64,000 bases of DNA from positions 177,835 to 241,834 of the forward strand of contig CAWCTR010000008.1 in NCBI GenBank assembly GCA_963798485.1, in the 5' to 3' direction. Position 1 is the stretch's first letter, and each line of letters begins with the position of its first letter. Shown one piece after another: positions 50,228 through 60,842 of this stretch. Source of the DNA: an uncultured delta proteobacterium. GTDB lineage: Bacteria > Desulfobacterota > Desulfomonilia > UBA1062. The translations under genes and the position numbers were made by a program. The notes beneath the pieces are model-generated. The model searched no databases, was not told where the DNA came from, and saw nothing but the letters and a program-made list of their open reading frames with translations.

Positions 50228-52483
50228 TTAAGGGATCAAAATGATATCCACAGGTGCGGGCAAAAGATTCTTGTTTTCATCGATTGCATCATCGTCACAT
50301 TCCGTGCAGTTATTACCGGCGAGACAGCTCGCGCAATTAGATACCAAAGTACTCCCGCGCCCCAGTTCTATCCCTCTGTACTCGATGAAAATCGGATATC
50401 GCCATATGAGGGTATCATTTTCGTTCACAATTCCATTTCTCAGCCCAATATTAAACTCAGTGTTGTCACTCTGTGCATATGAGTCTGAGTGATAATAGAG
50501 TGTAGCGTCATAATCGGTGATCAGGTACATCCTTTTATATTCACCCGGTCCAATTGTACTAATGGCGCAAAATGGCGTCGCAGCAGGCGCTGCTCCTTGT
50601 GGTGAGAATTTGATATCCAGATTCAGGATATCATCCACAGCCATAGACTGAATGCAGGGGTTGTTTTTATATGTATCTTTCAGCGCTTTCAGCTGTGCTT
50701 CGTTATTGAGATCATACCACCACGCATTATCATAACAAAATATGTCAAGGCTGTTGTTAAAGACAATCCGCGTAGGTTCGGAGACGTCTTTATATCCCAC
50801 GCACACGGCGTTTTCTTCCACATATTCTCCCTCATTGCCCAGCTTCCCTTTGTATACGACATAGAACCTCACATCCACTGCCCAAAGGGGGATTTCCTTA
50901 TCGCTGAGGTCAAACGTCAGGAGGGTCGCATCGCCGGGTTTGATTATTTCACCATTCGTATTCTCTGCATAACGTTTCGCGATATACATGGGCTTGGAGT
51001 AATAAAAACGAGAAAGATCGTCATAAGTCTCGTTTATCAAAGGGTCCTTTGCGCATGCTGCAGGATCGGCGGCGTTCGCCCTATCCGTCAGGAACCTGTA
51101 CTGGACGACCAGATCGATGTCACCGCCCAGCATTCGCTCACCCGTGCTCGATGTGTTTTTGACGAGCAGGTTCACCTTGTTGAAACCCTGGGTTGTGGGG
51201 TCGGTCGGTTCGGTACCACTGAAGGCATAGACACCGTCATCGGGCAGCGATATCTCCATGGTGCCCCGGAAGAAATACCTGAGCAGCGCGGCGGAATAGG
51301 ATTCCCCCCGTGGCACCAGTTGCGCGGCATAGTCTTCCAATACATTGTCATCCAAGGCGCTCACCCTATAGATTTTTATCGGATCGGTGAGATCAAATTG
51401 ATATGCCCCGGTAATCGATGTCGTGCAGAGCCTGTATCCGGTTGCGCCGTCTCCGGTCTTCTTCAGATACTCTCTTTCTATAGATGCACCATTGTTCCTT
51501 GGATCCGATATAGGGTTCCCCTCTTTTGTCACGCTGCTGTCTTTGCTTGGATAGTCGTACCCTTCGAAGATCCTGCCCTGGCTGAGGAAGTTCGCGTTGG
51601 TATATTCCGCCAGGCCGATCAACGGATCCAAGGTGACATTAGGATTGCCGCCTGTATACCGATCCGTATCCACCATCCTTGCAATGGGAATCAGCGCATT
51701 TGCAGGAAGGGTGTCGAGGCCAAGTATTGATGCAGGGGAGAGTGCGTTGAAGAAGGGGTAGTCGTAGTCCTGACCGCTTTGCAGCCAGCCTTGAAATTTA
51801 CGATATTTATCTGATTTCTTTACATCATTATAATATGTCAGCAATTTTTCATAAACACTCTTATTGACCCCGTGTGAATCATTCCGCACATGTTCAGAGC
51901 AGGAGCTGTCCTGGATCAGGTGCATGAGGTGGCCCAGTGCCAGGAAGGTGGAATACAGATCGCTGCTTCGTTGATCCGCATCGGTCCCGGCGAGGGCCTT
52001 ATAGAAGTAATCCCGCGCATCATACCAACTGTAGTTGCCACCGTACCAACTGGACTGTTCGCCCTTATTCTGCTGCGCCCAGAGTACGGATGATTCTGCC
52101 TTGAAAATACCAGCTATACTCGTGTCCAAGCTGGCTTGATCCCAAGGCCTCAAAGGATCATGGAAGTGATTCACACAACGCCAAACAGGGCTGTCCTCTT
52201 CCATACCTCCCTTGGCAATCAGTTCTTGGGGGGATTTATAATCCATGAATGTCAACCAAGCGATATTCGTCACATGATGGATACTATTATCCTTCATCCC
52301 GCCGTCTATACCGAGACTTTGCTTCAGGTATTGATCGAAATTAAACCCGACAGAATGCTCCAGTATCCAATCATCAATTGCTTTATGTTCTGTTACGTCA
52401 TAACCCCAGCATTCCATGTTGGGAGCAATAAGAACAAGAAGACTGACTCCGCACATGATACTTAGCAGTTTTCTGGACATCAT
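50228..52483 (-). CDS. Secreted protein with N-terminal Zn-phospholipase C / S1-P1 nuclease-like domain
   Basis: RBS gaggagg, signal peptide, mature YDVTEH, EED, NHFHD, LGHLMHLIQD, EHVRNDSH, YE spaced like trinuclear-Zn ligands. Confidence 0.7.
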   Translation of the reverse strand: MMSRKLLSIMCGVSLLVLIAPNMECWGYDVTEHKAIDDWILEHSVGFNFDQYLKQSLGIDGGMKDNSIHHVTNIAWLTFMDYKSPQELIAKGGMEEDSPVWRCVNHFHDPLRPWDQASLDTSIAGIFKAESSVLWAQQNKGEQSSWYGGNYSWYDARDYFYKALAGTDADQRSSDLYSTFLALGHLMHLIQDSSCSEHVRNDSHGVNKSVYEKLLTYYNDVKKSDKYRKFQGWLQSGQDYDYPFFNALSPASILGLDTLPANALIPIARMVDTDRYTGGNPNVTLDPLIGLAEYTNANFLSQGRIFEGYDYPSKDSSVTKEGNPISDPRNNGASIEREYLKKTGDGATGYRLCTTSITGAYQFDLTDPIKIYRVSALDDNVLEDYAAQLVPRGESYSAALLRYFFRGTMEISLPDDGVYAFSGTEPTDPTTQGFNKVNLLVKNTSSTGERMLGGDIDLVVQYRFLTDRANAADPAACAKDPLINETYDDLSRFYYSKPMYIAKRYAENTNGEIIKPGDATLLTFDLSDKEIPLWAVDVRFYVVYKGKLGNEGEYVEENAVCVGYKDVSEPTRIVFNNSLDIFCYDNAWWYDLNNEAQLKALKDTYKNNPCIQSMAVDDILNLDIKFSPQGAAPAATPFCAISTIGPGEYKRMYLITDYDATLYYHSDSYAQSDNTEFNIGLRNGIVNENDTLIWRYPIFIEYRGIELGRGSTLVSNCASCLAGNNCTECDDDAIDENKNLLPAPVDIILIP

Positions 52484-52534
52484 CGGTTTTCCTCCTCTAT
52501 CTACATTATCACTCACACTCCAAATGTGATCTCC

Positions 52535-53320
52535 TTAATATTTTAGGGCTTTCCTCAATAAAGCTTGATCTGCATCAGGATAGATACCATTGATCCCTAA
52601 TGATCTCGCCTCTCGCTTTTCTTCCGGCGTTACAGCTTGCTTGAGGCCGATGACTTCATAGCGTGTGATATCGATAGGAAAGTATACCCGCTTGACATTC
52701 TCCGGGTACTTGAAATCGAAATCGAGTTCGCTAAGTTTCCGTTCAGGGTCCTTGACCGGAATAAGTATATCGCAACGGTCCTTTTCCCACTGGTCCATAT
52801 ATCGTTTCACTTGTTCCTTCGTGTCTCCCATACGAATTAATATAATCCCCTCAATATTCTTGGTCTTATCCACATACGCATATGCCGAAAAATCTCCAGA
52901 AACGTATTTCGCCATGAATGGGAAATACCCGGGCTTGTAGTATCCGATGCGAGGAGACTCATCCCACGGAACTAGGATCCCAAGTATCGAACGAATAAAA
53001 CCAGGGTCATCATTCCCTTTCGGGCCGGTAATGCTCCACTCGCCGTTGGCATCGGTAAGGACTTCTTTCGCCATACCTGTTCCACATGATCCACTCCCGA
53101 TCCCGGGGCGGCATTTCAACCATATAGCGTATACCACCGCACCCTCGATGGGCTTGAGGGTATCCGCATCGATCACCTTGCCGTGGCAGGTTACATAACT
53201 CGGAAGACCTAAGCCATGAAACATAACGATCATCCACTCGGAAAAACTTAAACCATAGCTTACAGTCGGTATGAGCGTGAATATCAAGATCAGAACTTTG
53301 AATCGGTTGGATATCTTCAT
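52535..53320 (-). CDS. Exported protein with carboxypeptidase-regulatory/transthyretin-like domain
   Basis: Hydrophobic N-terminus; GKVIDADTLKPIEGAVV..W..TDANGEWSI..YKPGY. Confidence 0.75.
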   Translation of the reverse strand: MKISNRFKVLILIFTLIPTVSYGLSFSEWMIVMFHGLGLPSYVTCHGKVIDADTLKPIEGAVVYAIWLKCRPGIGSGSCGTGMAKEVLTDANGEWSITGPKGNDDPGFIRSILGILVPWDESPRIGYYKPGYFPFMAKYVSGDFSAYAYVDKTKNIEGIILIRMGDTKEQVKRYMDQWEKDRCDILIPVKDPERKLSELDFDFKYPENVKRVYFPIDITRYEVIGLKQAVTPEEKREARSLGINGIYPDADQALLRKALKY

Positions 53321-53335
53321 GGATCTATCCTCCTC

Positions 53336-56300
53336 TTAGAAATCGGCGATCTTCCATCTGCCGTCTATGTCCACCTCGAAGAGGAGGAGGAAGGAATAGC
53401 AGATACCGTTCCGGGTGGTCTGGATATCATATTCCACTCCGGCGCCCCGCATCTTGATGAGCTGGATATCCCCCAGTTCGGCTGCCAGGTTGGAGCGGTG
53501 CTCAGGGGTGAGTGAACCGAAGATATCCCGATAGGCGCCCTGGGTACTGCCGGAGATGTCTTTCACCGCTGCCTCGATATCGTTATTCAAGAGCGCTGTG
53601 CGCATGGCTTCCCATTTTTGGCGGAACATGGCATCCAGTACGCCCGGGTCATACACCACCACGCCGATGGTATCCGTAAAGGCGTAGCCGCTGTAAAGCG
53701 CCTGGACCGTTATGTAGTAGACCCCGGGGCTTGATATGCCGGCCGTGCGCTCGTTGGCTTCAGTCACGGTGAGATACCGGACCTGGCCTTGGCTGTTATC
53801 CGAGAAGGTCAGACTGTCCGGCGTGAAGGCGGCATCGACCCGAAGGGTAGTGTCAAAGGGCGCTATTCCGAACGATTCAACCGGTGAGAGCGTGATGTAC
53901 GGCTGGTTGATATTTGCAGTGACAACGATGGTCCCCTCAAGCGTATTACCCTGGATATCCAGGGCATGCACGGTTATGGTGTTTTCCCCATCTGTAAGCG
54001 GCACGTGGTTCACAAAGAACTGGGCCTGGTTCACCACCGCGGGCATGCCGTTGATTGTGATGCTTGTCTCGTTATTGCAGGCATTGCCCACAGTACCCCG
54101 CACCAGGATGTCGGGACGGTCTACAAGTGCACCATTCGCGGGAGATGTAATATTCAGGCTGATGACGCTGTTCACGGTTATTGTCGCAGAATCTGTTATC
54201 GTCCCGCCCGGCCCGGTGGCAGTGATGGTGTAGGTCGTTGTCTGCGCTGGGCTTACTGTCAGTGCTCCGCCGGGACCCACATCTCCAATGCCGTTGTCTA
54301 TGCTCACATGATAGACATTGGAAGAATCCCAGGTCAGGGTGGATACCTGGCCTGCATAAATAGTGGATGGATCTGCGGAAATGGTCACGCCGGGAGGTTC
54401 ATATACCGTTACCGTGGCGGATGCGGTGGCAGTCCCGCCAGGGCCGACAGCTGTGACAGCGTAGGTGGTGGTCTCCCAGGGGGCATCAATGAAGGAACCT
54501 GATTTATCTACATTGCCTCCGAGGCGGTCCAGGGATACGGTATCAGCGTTGGCGCTCGTCCATGATATGGTTACCTCCTGACCCTGGATGATTGCCTGCG
54601 GATCGGCGGTAATGCTCACTGTGGGGTGCTCATACACCGTTATTGCCACATGGTCCGTTACTGTCCTGCCCTGAGCGTCGGTTGCCGTTATGGAATATGT
54701 CGTGGTCTCGGCAGGCGAAAGGGCAAGAGATCCGCTTGCACTAACAGCACCGATGCCTTGGTCGATGGTGACGCCCGCGGCCTTGACGGAACTCCAATGC
54801 ACTACCACTGACCCGCCGTTGATGATCGCATACTGCTCGGCCCATATCCTCACGCCCAGCAGCACCTCAATATCCGGCATGGATACCCCTTTATCAGTAA
54901 CATCAACCGTCTGGCTTTGAGTTGAAAGGGCATATCCGTTACCGGAATAGGAAAGGGTATATTGGCCCGGAGGGGCATAGAAAAAGTACTGTCCCTGAGA
55001 GTCAGAAGAGACACAAATATTCATATTCTCATTCGAGAGAGAAACAACAACTCCTTCAACACCTGAACCATCCGATACGACCCGGCCTGATATCTTCTCC
55101 TTGTGCTCTGCTATGAAATGCCCATATGTACTGGGGTCTGCAAATCCCTCTTGAATGGTGCCTTCGATCCATTGGTTCCAACGGTCCACAATGTAAACCC
55201 CGTTAATCCAGCTATCCGGGCAGTAAAATAACGAACCGTCAGCAGTGAATGCCAGGTCAGAAGGCCCTCGGGCATAGAACTGTCTCAAAACGCCCAGCGA
55301 CCGGCTGTCTATAAGATAGATCGTCCTGGGTATTATTGACATTGAGACATCGCTCAAAGCAATCCTCTGCCCGTCAGGGCTTATTGCAAGATAACACTGG
55401 GAAGCAGACGATTCCGATAAATAGGAATGGCTGCCTATGACCGCGTTGGTTTCGCCGTCGATCACGGTGAGCGTGCAGGAACCTGCTGAAACAGCATATA
55501 CCTTCGACCCGCATGGGCTCACCTCAACATCCCACACCGGATCGCCCGGCTCTGTAACCGCCACCGTTGCGATCACGCCCATGGTCGCCACATCGATGAC
55601 CCGCACCATGCCGTCATCAAGAGAGCTCACATAGATGCGTGTGCCCTCGTTGTTTACGGTAATGCCATGAGGGGCGGGGCCCACTTCAACGGATTTCAGG
55701 ACCGTCCCGGACGCGATATCGATGCCCTTGAGCGTGCCTTCATCCCTTGACACCCCATAGAGGCTTTTCCCGTCAGGGCTCACCGCGATGGTATCGACAA
55801 ACACGGGGATGTTCCCGGTAAGGGTGTTTGTCGCTGCATCGATAATGGATATCCCCTTCTCTGTGCTCGTGACATAGGCCGTGTTGCCATCAGGGCTCAC
55901 AGCAACACAATAGGGGCCATACCCCACCTCTATGTGCGAGATAACCGTATTCATCGTGAGATCTACTACCGAGACATCATGGCTGTTCCTGTTCGTAAAG
56001 TAGGCATATGCGTTCCTCTGAACCGGAGGTGCAAGAACCTCCACGGTCACGCTTGCCGTTGCCGTACCGCCTGGCCCGATGGCGGTAATCGTGAAGGTCG
56101 TTGCCTGATCAAGGTCCACTTCAAGAAAGTCGTTCACATCAACATCGCCTATGCCCTGGTCGATGTAGGCTGAATCGGCATTGGTCGTGCTCCAGGTCAG
56201 GATTGTCGTGTCGCCTGCATTGATAGAGTTCGGCGACGCCTCGATGGTTACGGTCGGCCTGTGGAGGACGGTAATGGTTGCACTTGCTGTGGCTGTGCCG

Positions 56301-58156
56301 CCCGGTCCCTGGACGGTTATGGCGTATGTAGTCGTGGTGGCCGGCGAGACCGTCATCGAGCTGCTTGTTGGGATCAACCCTATGCCGTTATCCAATGATG
56401 CCGAATCCGCATTTTCCGATGACCAGACGAGTGTCGATGTCTCACCCTCGATAATAGTCTGCGGCTGGGCCGATATGTTGACGTGCAGCGGCTGAAGCAC
56501 GGTAATCGTTGCAGATGCCGTTGCCATGCCGCCCGGCCCGGTGGCGGAAATGGTGTAGGTCGTGGTGGTTGCGGGTGATACGGCGAGCGAGCCATTCGGA
56601 GCAACAGAACCGATGCCATGGTCGATGGTGATGGTGACTGCATTGGTGGAGGTCCATGACAACTGTGATGTCTGCTCCGCCACGATGGTGCCGGGAATAA
56701 CCGTGATGCCAACCGTGGGAGGCTGGTACACCATGATTGTGACAGGCTGGCCGGCGGTTCCACATGGGCCTGTGGCCGTGATGGTGTAGGTAGTGGTGCT
56801 CTGGGGATGCACCATCATAGTACCCGATGACCCTACTGCCCCTATTCCGTTGTCGATACTGACTGAAGCGGCGTTCTGCGATGCCCAGATCAGGGCGCAT
56901 GGGTCACCCGGGCGTACTGCTGAAGGATCGGTAGAAAACTGCACTGTGGGTTTGATGCATTGAGTCACCGTGGCGGTTGTGGAGTCTGATGCTGTTCCCC
57001 CCTTATTGTCTGAGACGCTGAGCGTAACCGGGTACGTCCCGGGTGTGCTGTATGAATGGCTGGGGGAAGCGCTGGTATCTGACGAGCCGTCGCCTAAACT
57101 CCATGTAAAATGGAGAGGATCACCATCCGGGTCATAAGATGTTGAACCGTTAAAGAATATCGTTTGGCCCACCTCTGCGGTATAAGGCCCTCCGGCATGG
57201 GCGATGGGAGGCCTGTTGGGGGCCTTCAATTCATCAGCCTCCACAATAAAGGTCTGGAGCATGGAGGCGGTTTTCAAGTCCTTGACCTTGACGATAATCT
57301 CGTAATCACCTAAGGCGGGCGGTATCCATTCGATGAGCCCGGTCAGGCTGTCTATGGTCATTCCCGGGGGTGCGCCGGCCAGGCTATAGGTGAGGACATC
57401 GGGAAGCGGGTCGATAGCCAGGACATTGTAGGTGTAGGGCACGCCCACCGTGGCCGGGATGACGGGCTGCGAGTATATGACCGGGGGGTAGTTCGGCTTG
57501 GGGAGGCAGGCGAACGGGTGGGCGCTTCCTATGTGGGAGAATGTCCATTTGCCCTTCACCAATGCGCCTAGGACATAGAGATATGTTGCTTCCTTGAGAT
57601 TAGGGTCAGTGTAGGTGATGGTATTCGAAGTGAGATCTGCAATCTTTTCAAAATGGGAGGGGTCGGTCTCGATCGCGCGGTATAAGCGGTACTGTTGCGC
57701 ATATTTCACCGGCAACCAGCTGACAGCCACTTTCCCTTTCAGGGCGATGGGCAGGATGTAATACTCGGGGTCAACGGTAAAATAGAGCGTAAACGGGCCG
57801 GAGCGCCGGATGCCGTCATAGGTGAACAGTGATATGGCATGGGTGCCTTCGGGTATGAAGACTAGGGGGCCTGGATCAATCATTGTGGAGAAAGGCCCGC
57901 ACCATTCGTAAAAGAGGGGGCTTCCCGTGAAATGAAAGAGCGTACTGTCCAGCATGATTTCACTGCCCAGAGGAAGGCCCTTGTCGAAAACCACATCCGC
58001 TTTGGGGTTCGGTTGGCAGGCGCTGGCTTTATATGTGAGAGGGAGGGTTGCAATGTTCAGCAGGATAAGGAATAGAAGTACTCTGTACAGAAGAGACACC
58101 GATTTAAAGACACACGAAGACACACTACGAGACCGACTGCAAGTGTTGTTCATCAC
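53336..58156 (-). CDS. 1606-aa surface protein: Fn3-like, He_PIG/cadherin-like, PKD, seven Ig-like repeats, YVTN propeller, C-terminal NTF2-like domain
   Basis: Signal/TM; LAGAPPGMTIDSLTGLIEW; GGPY..WSLGDG..H.Y..PGTY; seven W.S.NA..ID.GIG..TTTY.ITA.GPGG repeats; AVSPDG/VYV blades. Confidence 0.85.
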   Translation of the reverse strand: MMNNTCSRSRSVSSCVFKSVSLLYRVLLFLILLNIATLPLTYKASACQPNPKADVVFDKGLPLGSEIMLDSTLFHFTGSPLFYEWCGPFSTMIDPGPLVFIPEGTHAISLFTYDGIRRSGPFTLYFTVDPEYYILPIALKGKVAVSWLPVKYAQQYRLYRAIETDPSHFEKIADLTSNTITYTDPNLKEATYLYVLGALVKGKWTFSHIGSAHPFACLPKPNYPPVIYSQPVIPATVGVPYTYNVLAIDPLPDVLTYSLAGAPPGMTIDSLTGLIEWIPPALGDYEIIVKVKDLKTASMLQTFIVEADELKAPNRPPIAHAGGPYTAEVGQTIFFNGSTSYDPDGDPLHFTWSLGDGSSDTSASPSHSYSTPGTYPVTLSVSDNKGGTASDSTTATVTQCIKPTVQFSTDPSAVRPGDPCALIWASQNAASVSIDNGIGAVGSSGTMMVHPQSTTTYTITATGPCGTAGQPVTIMVYQPPTVGITVIPGTIVAEQTSQLSWTSTNAVTITIDHGIGSVAPNGSLAVSPATTTTYTISATGPGGMATASATITVLQPLHVNISAQPQTIIEGETSTLVWSSENADSASLDNGIGLIPTSSSMTVSPATTTTYAITVQGPGGTATASATITVLHRPTVTIEASPNSINAGDTTILTWSTTNADSAYIDQGIGDVDVNDFLEVDLDQATTFTITAIGPGGTATASVTVEVLAPPVQRNAYAYFTNRNSHDVSVVDLTMNTVISHIEVGYGPYCVAVSPDGNTAYVTSTEKGISIIDAATNTLTGNIPVFVDTIAVSPDGKSLYGVSRDEGTLKGIDIASGTVLKSVEVGPAPHGITVNNEGTRIYVSSLDDGMVRVIDVATMGVIATVAVTEPGDPVWDVEVSPCGSKVYAVSAGSCTLTVIDGETNAVIGSHSYLSESSASQCYLAISPDGQRIALSDVSMSIIPRTIYLIDSRSLGVLRQFYARGPSDLAFTADGSLFYCPDSWINGVYIVDRWNQWIEGTIQEGFADPSTYGHFIAEHKEKISGRVVSDGSGVEGVVVSLSNENMNICVSSDSQGQYFFYAPPGQYTLSYSGNGYALSTQSQTVDVTDKGVSMPDIEVLLGVRIWAEQYAIINGGSVVVHWSSVKAAGVTIDQGIGAVSASGSLALSPAETTTYSITATDAQGRTVTDHVAITVYEHPTVSITADPQAIIQGQEVTISWTSANADTVSLDRLGGNVDKSGSFIDAPWETTTYAVTAVGPGGTATASATVTVYEPPGVTISADPSTIYAGQVSTLTWDSSNVYHVSIDNGIGDVGPGGALTVSPAQTTTYTITATGPGGTITDSATITVNSVISLNITSPANGALVDRPDILVRGTVGNACNNETSITINGMPAVVNQAQFFVNHVPLTDGENTITVHALDIQGNTLEGTIVVTANINQPYITLSPVESFGIAPFDTTLRVDAAFTPDSLTFSDNSQGQVRYLTVTEANERTAGISSPGVYYITVQALYSGYAFTDTIGVVVYDPGVLDAMFRQKWEAMRTALLNNDIEAAVKDISGSTQGAYRDIFGSLTPEHRSNLAAELGDIQLIKMRGAGVEYDIQTTRNGICYSFLLLFEVDIDGRWKIADF

Positions 58157-58570
58157 AAAACCTCCTCAAAATTACTCGGAGTAATGTGAGGGTAAGAACA
58201 TATCAATTAAGCTATACAGCAATTATTGCATGCAAAAAATGTACGCATTTCAGGTCGATATAAATTCAATAAGTTATGCAATAAGGTTACCCACCATTGT
58301 TTCTTCCAAGAGAAATACTTTACTCTTTTGTAAGAAAAAGAGTTCCACAAGCGGAAAATGATCGTTAATGATTGACCCCGTCCGTTCTTCCAAGTTGTGA
58401 GCGAACATATTCTATAGAAGGTAGCCAGATCATAGGATATTTCTTTTATTATTTGTCTCATATACTATATTATGATAGTTGGTATATTCGGGCTTGGTCT
58501 TTGGTGATGATTTTTCACTGAGGTATTCCATGAGGCATTCATGGGTCAGACATGCGCATAAAAGAATTCC

Positions 58571-60679
58571 ATGAAGGGGATTTCTATGAGTATCTATGCT
58601 TCCAGGGCAAAAAACATAGTGGAATGTGTTCTGGTTTTCTGTCTTCTGGTTTTCTTTTCCGCCTGCGGGGGAGGCGGCGGCGGAGGCGATAATGAGGACA
58701 ACGATAAGACTGTGTCAGGCTCCGGGACTGGGGCCAATGGCGTGCCCATTTTCTGGAATGTCTATGGCGATCCGAATTTAACCAGCGGTGCAGCTTCGGT
58801 CCAAGTTGCTTCGGATGGGGGATTCATTGCAGCCGGGGGACTGCAGAATGCAGTGTATCTGGTTAAGACCGATGCCCAAGGTGCCGAGCAATGGGAAAAG
58901 ACTTTCGGCGGGGGCAGTTCGGATGTGTCGGATTCAGCCAATTGCATCCGGAAGACAAGTGATGGAGGCTACATCATTGCCGGCCTTCACCGCAGCACCA
59001 GCGGCACGGGAACCAACGCCTTCTATCTGGTCCGGACCGATGCCGGGGGCAATGCCTTGGCCGGCTGGCCGAAGACGTATGCAGGTTCCTCACCTGATAA
59101 CAACGGCGCCTACGCCGTGTGCGAGAGCCAAGGCGCATCGGGGCCGGACGGCTTCGTATTCGTGGGGGCTTCGACCGACCATAAGGCCTATATCGCAAAG
59201 GTCGACATGAACGGCGCCCTCATCAAGGAGACGTTTGTCGATCATGATACCCTGCCGGGCCAGGATGCCGCCTCTGCCATTGTCCAGAACGCGGACAATG
59301 GGTTTACTGTTGCCGGCTGGGTTGAAAAAGGCGGGACGCCTAATTATATCCGCATCGTCCGGACGGATAAAGACCTCACTATCCTGCCGGAGTGGACCAA
59401 GACTTATGGGGTCGGATCGGCCTATGATATCAAGAAAACCTCTGATGGAGGGTTCATCATAGCCGGCACGACTTCGACAGGGGCCCCGAATGCAATAGGC
59501 GACGCCCTAGTGATAAAGCTCGACAGCACCGGCAATGAACAATGGCGTAAGACCTTCGGCGGCGCCCACGACGATGCCGTTTCCAGCATCAGCCCGTTGA
59601 ACGATGGGAGCGACAGCTACATCGTGGCCGGTAAGACCGCTTCATACAGCAGCAACACTTCCACCAATGAGATCCTCATGTTTGAAACCTTCCTCATCAA
59701 GCTGGATAAGGACGGCAATGCACTCTGGCAAAAGGTCAAGGGCCTGGCCCCAGACAGCCTTGAGTCGGCAGCCGAGGTGCAGGCGGCCGGAGATGGTGGC
59801 TATGTCATTGCCGGGGTTGGCCAGGGACGTTTCCTGATCGCCAAGATGGACTCAGGCGGCGACACCGTGAGCCTTGGACAGAACGATTTCACCTATACCG
59901 TGCCTGCTACGACAGGCGCGATTAGCGTCACCAATGCCGAATATATAGCGGGCATGGGTGTGAATATGATGGATAACATCCGTGAGATCGGGGCATTTGC
60001 ATTGGATCTCCTGCTGAATCCTTCTCTGATCGACGGGACTAAACTGCAAATTTCGCCGATTCCCACAACCCTTGAAGCCGGGGATCTGTACAATATTCTT
60101 ATGAACAACTACATCACCACGTATTCCGGTGATTCGGCTACCTTGAATGGTTCGTTCACGGTGAAAGTCGAAAGCTTGAACAGCTCTACTTTCAATCTCA
60201 CGGTTTCGGACATGGATGTGACCCATGAAGATGATGCAGGGAAACCGATTGAATTCAAAGGCGGGCTGAAATTCACCCGTACGACGTCGGCCGGCTCGGT
60301 GAGCGAGAAGACACAGAACGGCGGTTCTTCCGGCGCCATCAACATCACGGTTGATGGTAAGGTGCAGACCGTAGATACATGCTCCATCAACAGGACCCAG
60401 AATTCCGGTGTATTCAATCTCGGTATGACAGGCGATACCATGCAATTCGAGCTCGCCGGAATCCTTGGGACCATGGTGCTGAGCGTGATCGATCCTCTCG
60501 TGGGCAGCGTCAGCGATTCTGTTCACCCGCAGAGTGGCAAGTTTTTGATCAAGGCCTCTGACAACAGCTCCGTGACGATAACCATCAGCACAGGGGGAGC
60601 AGTCAAGCTGGAGGTGGATACCAACGCCGATGGGACAATAGACGGCACTATTTCAACAACTTTTGACGATTTGGACTAA
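58571..60679 (+). CDS. Large lipoprotein with DGGYIIAG/W.KTFG beta-propeller repeats
   Basis: Lipobox FSAC + G8; repeated (TS)DGG(Y/F)IIAG...L(V/I)K.D..G...W.KT(F/Y)G. Confidence 0.82.
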   Translation: MKGISMSIYASRAKNIVECVLVFCLLVFFSACGGGGGGGDNEDNDKTVSGSGTGANGVPIFWNVYGDPNLTSGAASVQVASDGGFIAAGGLQNAVYLVKTDAQGAEQWEKTFGGGSSDVSDSANCIRKTSDGGYIIAGLHRSTSGTGTNAFYLVRTDAGGNALAGWPKTYAGSSPDNNGAYAVCESQGASGPDGFVFVGASTDHKAYIAKVDMNGALIKETFVDHDTLPGQDAASAIVQNADNGFTVAGWVEKGGTPNYIRIVRTDKDLTILPEWTKTYGVGSAYDIKKTSDGGFIIAGTTSTGAPNAIGDALVIKLDSTGNEQWRKTFGGAHDDAVSSISPLNDGSDSYIVAGKTASYSSNTSTNEILMFETFLIKLDKDGNALWQKVKGLAPDSLESAAEVQAAGDGGYVIAGVGQGRFLIAKMDSGGDTVSLGQNDFTYTVPATTGAISVTNAEYIAGMGVNMMDNIREIGAFALDLLLNPSLIDGTKLQISPIPTTLEAGDLYNILMNNYITTYSGDSATLNGSFTVKVESLNSSTFNLTVSDMDVTHEDDAGKPIEFKGGLKFTRTTSAGSVSEKTQNGGSSGAINITVDGKVQTVDTCSINRTQNSGVFNLGMTGDTMQFELAGILGTMVLSVIDPLVGSVSDSVHPQSGKFLIKASDNSSVTITISTGGAVKLEVDTNADGTIDGTISTTFDDLD

Positions 60680-60842
60680 GACACACAGATACAACTCCTG
60701 ATCTCTTGAAGTTTTAGAAAGATAAGGGGCCCTAATTTTTAGGATAAGGCCATGAGGGCCATGAGGGTCAGAACTTTAATAATGACAAGACACTACATCA
60801 AATGTCACGAATAAAGATCTGCCCCCATCCGTTCTATGGATC

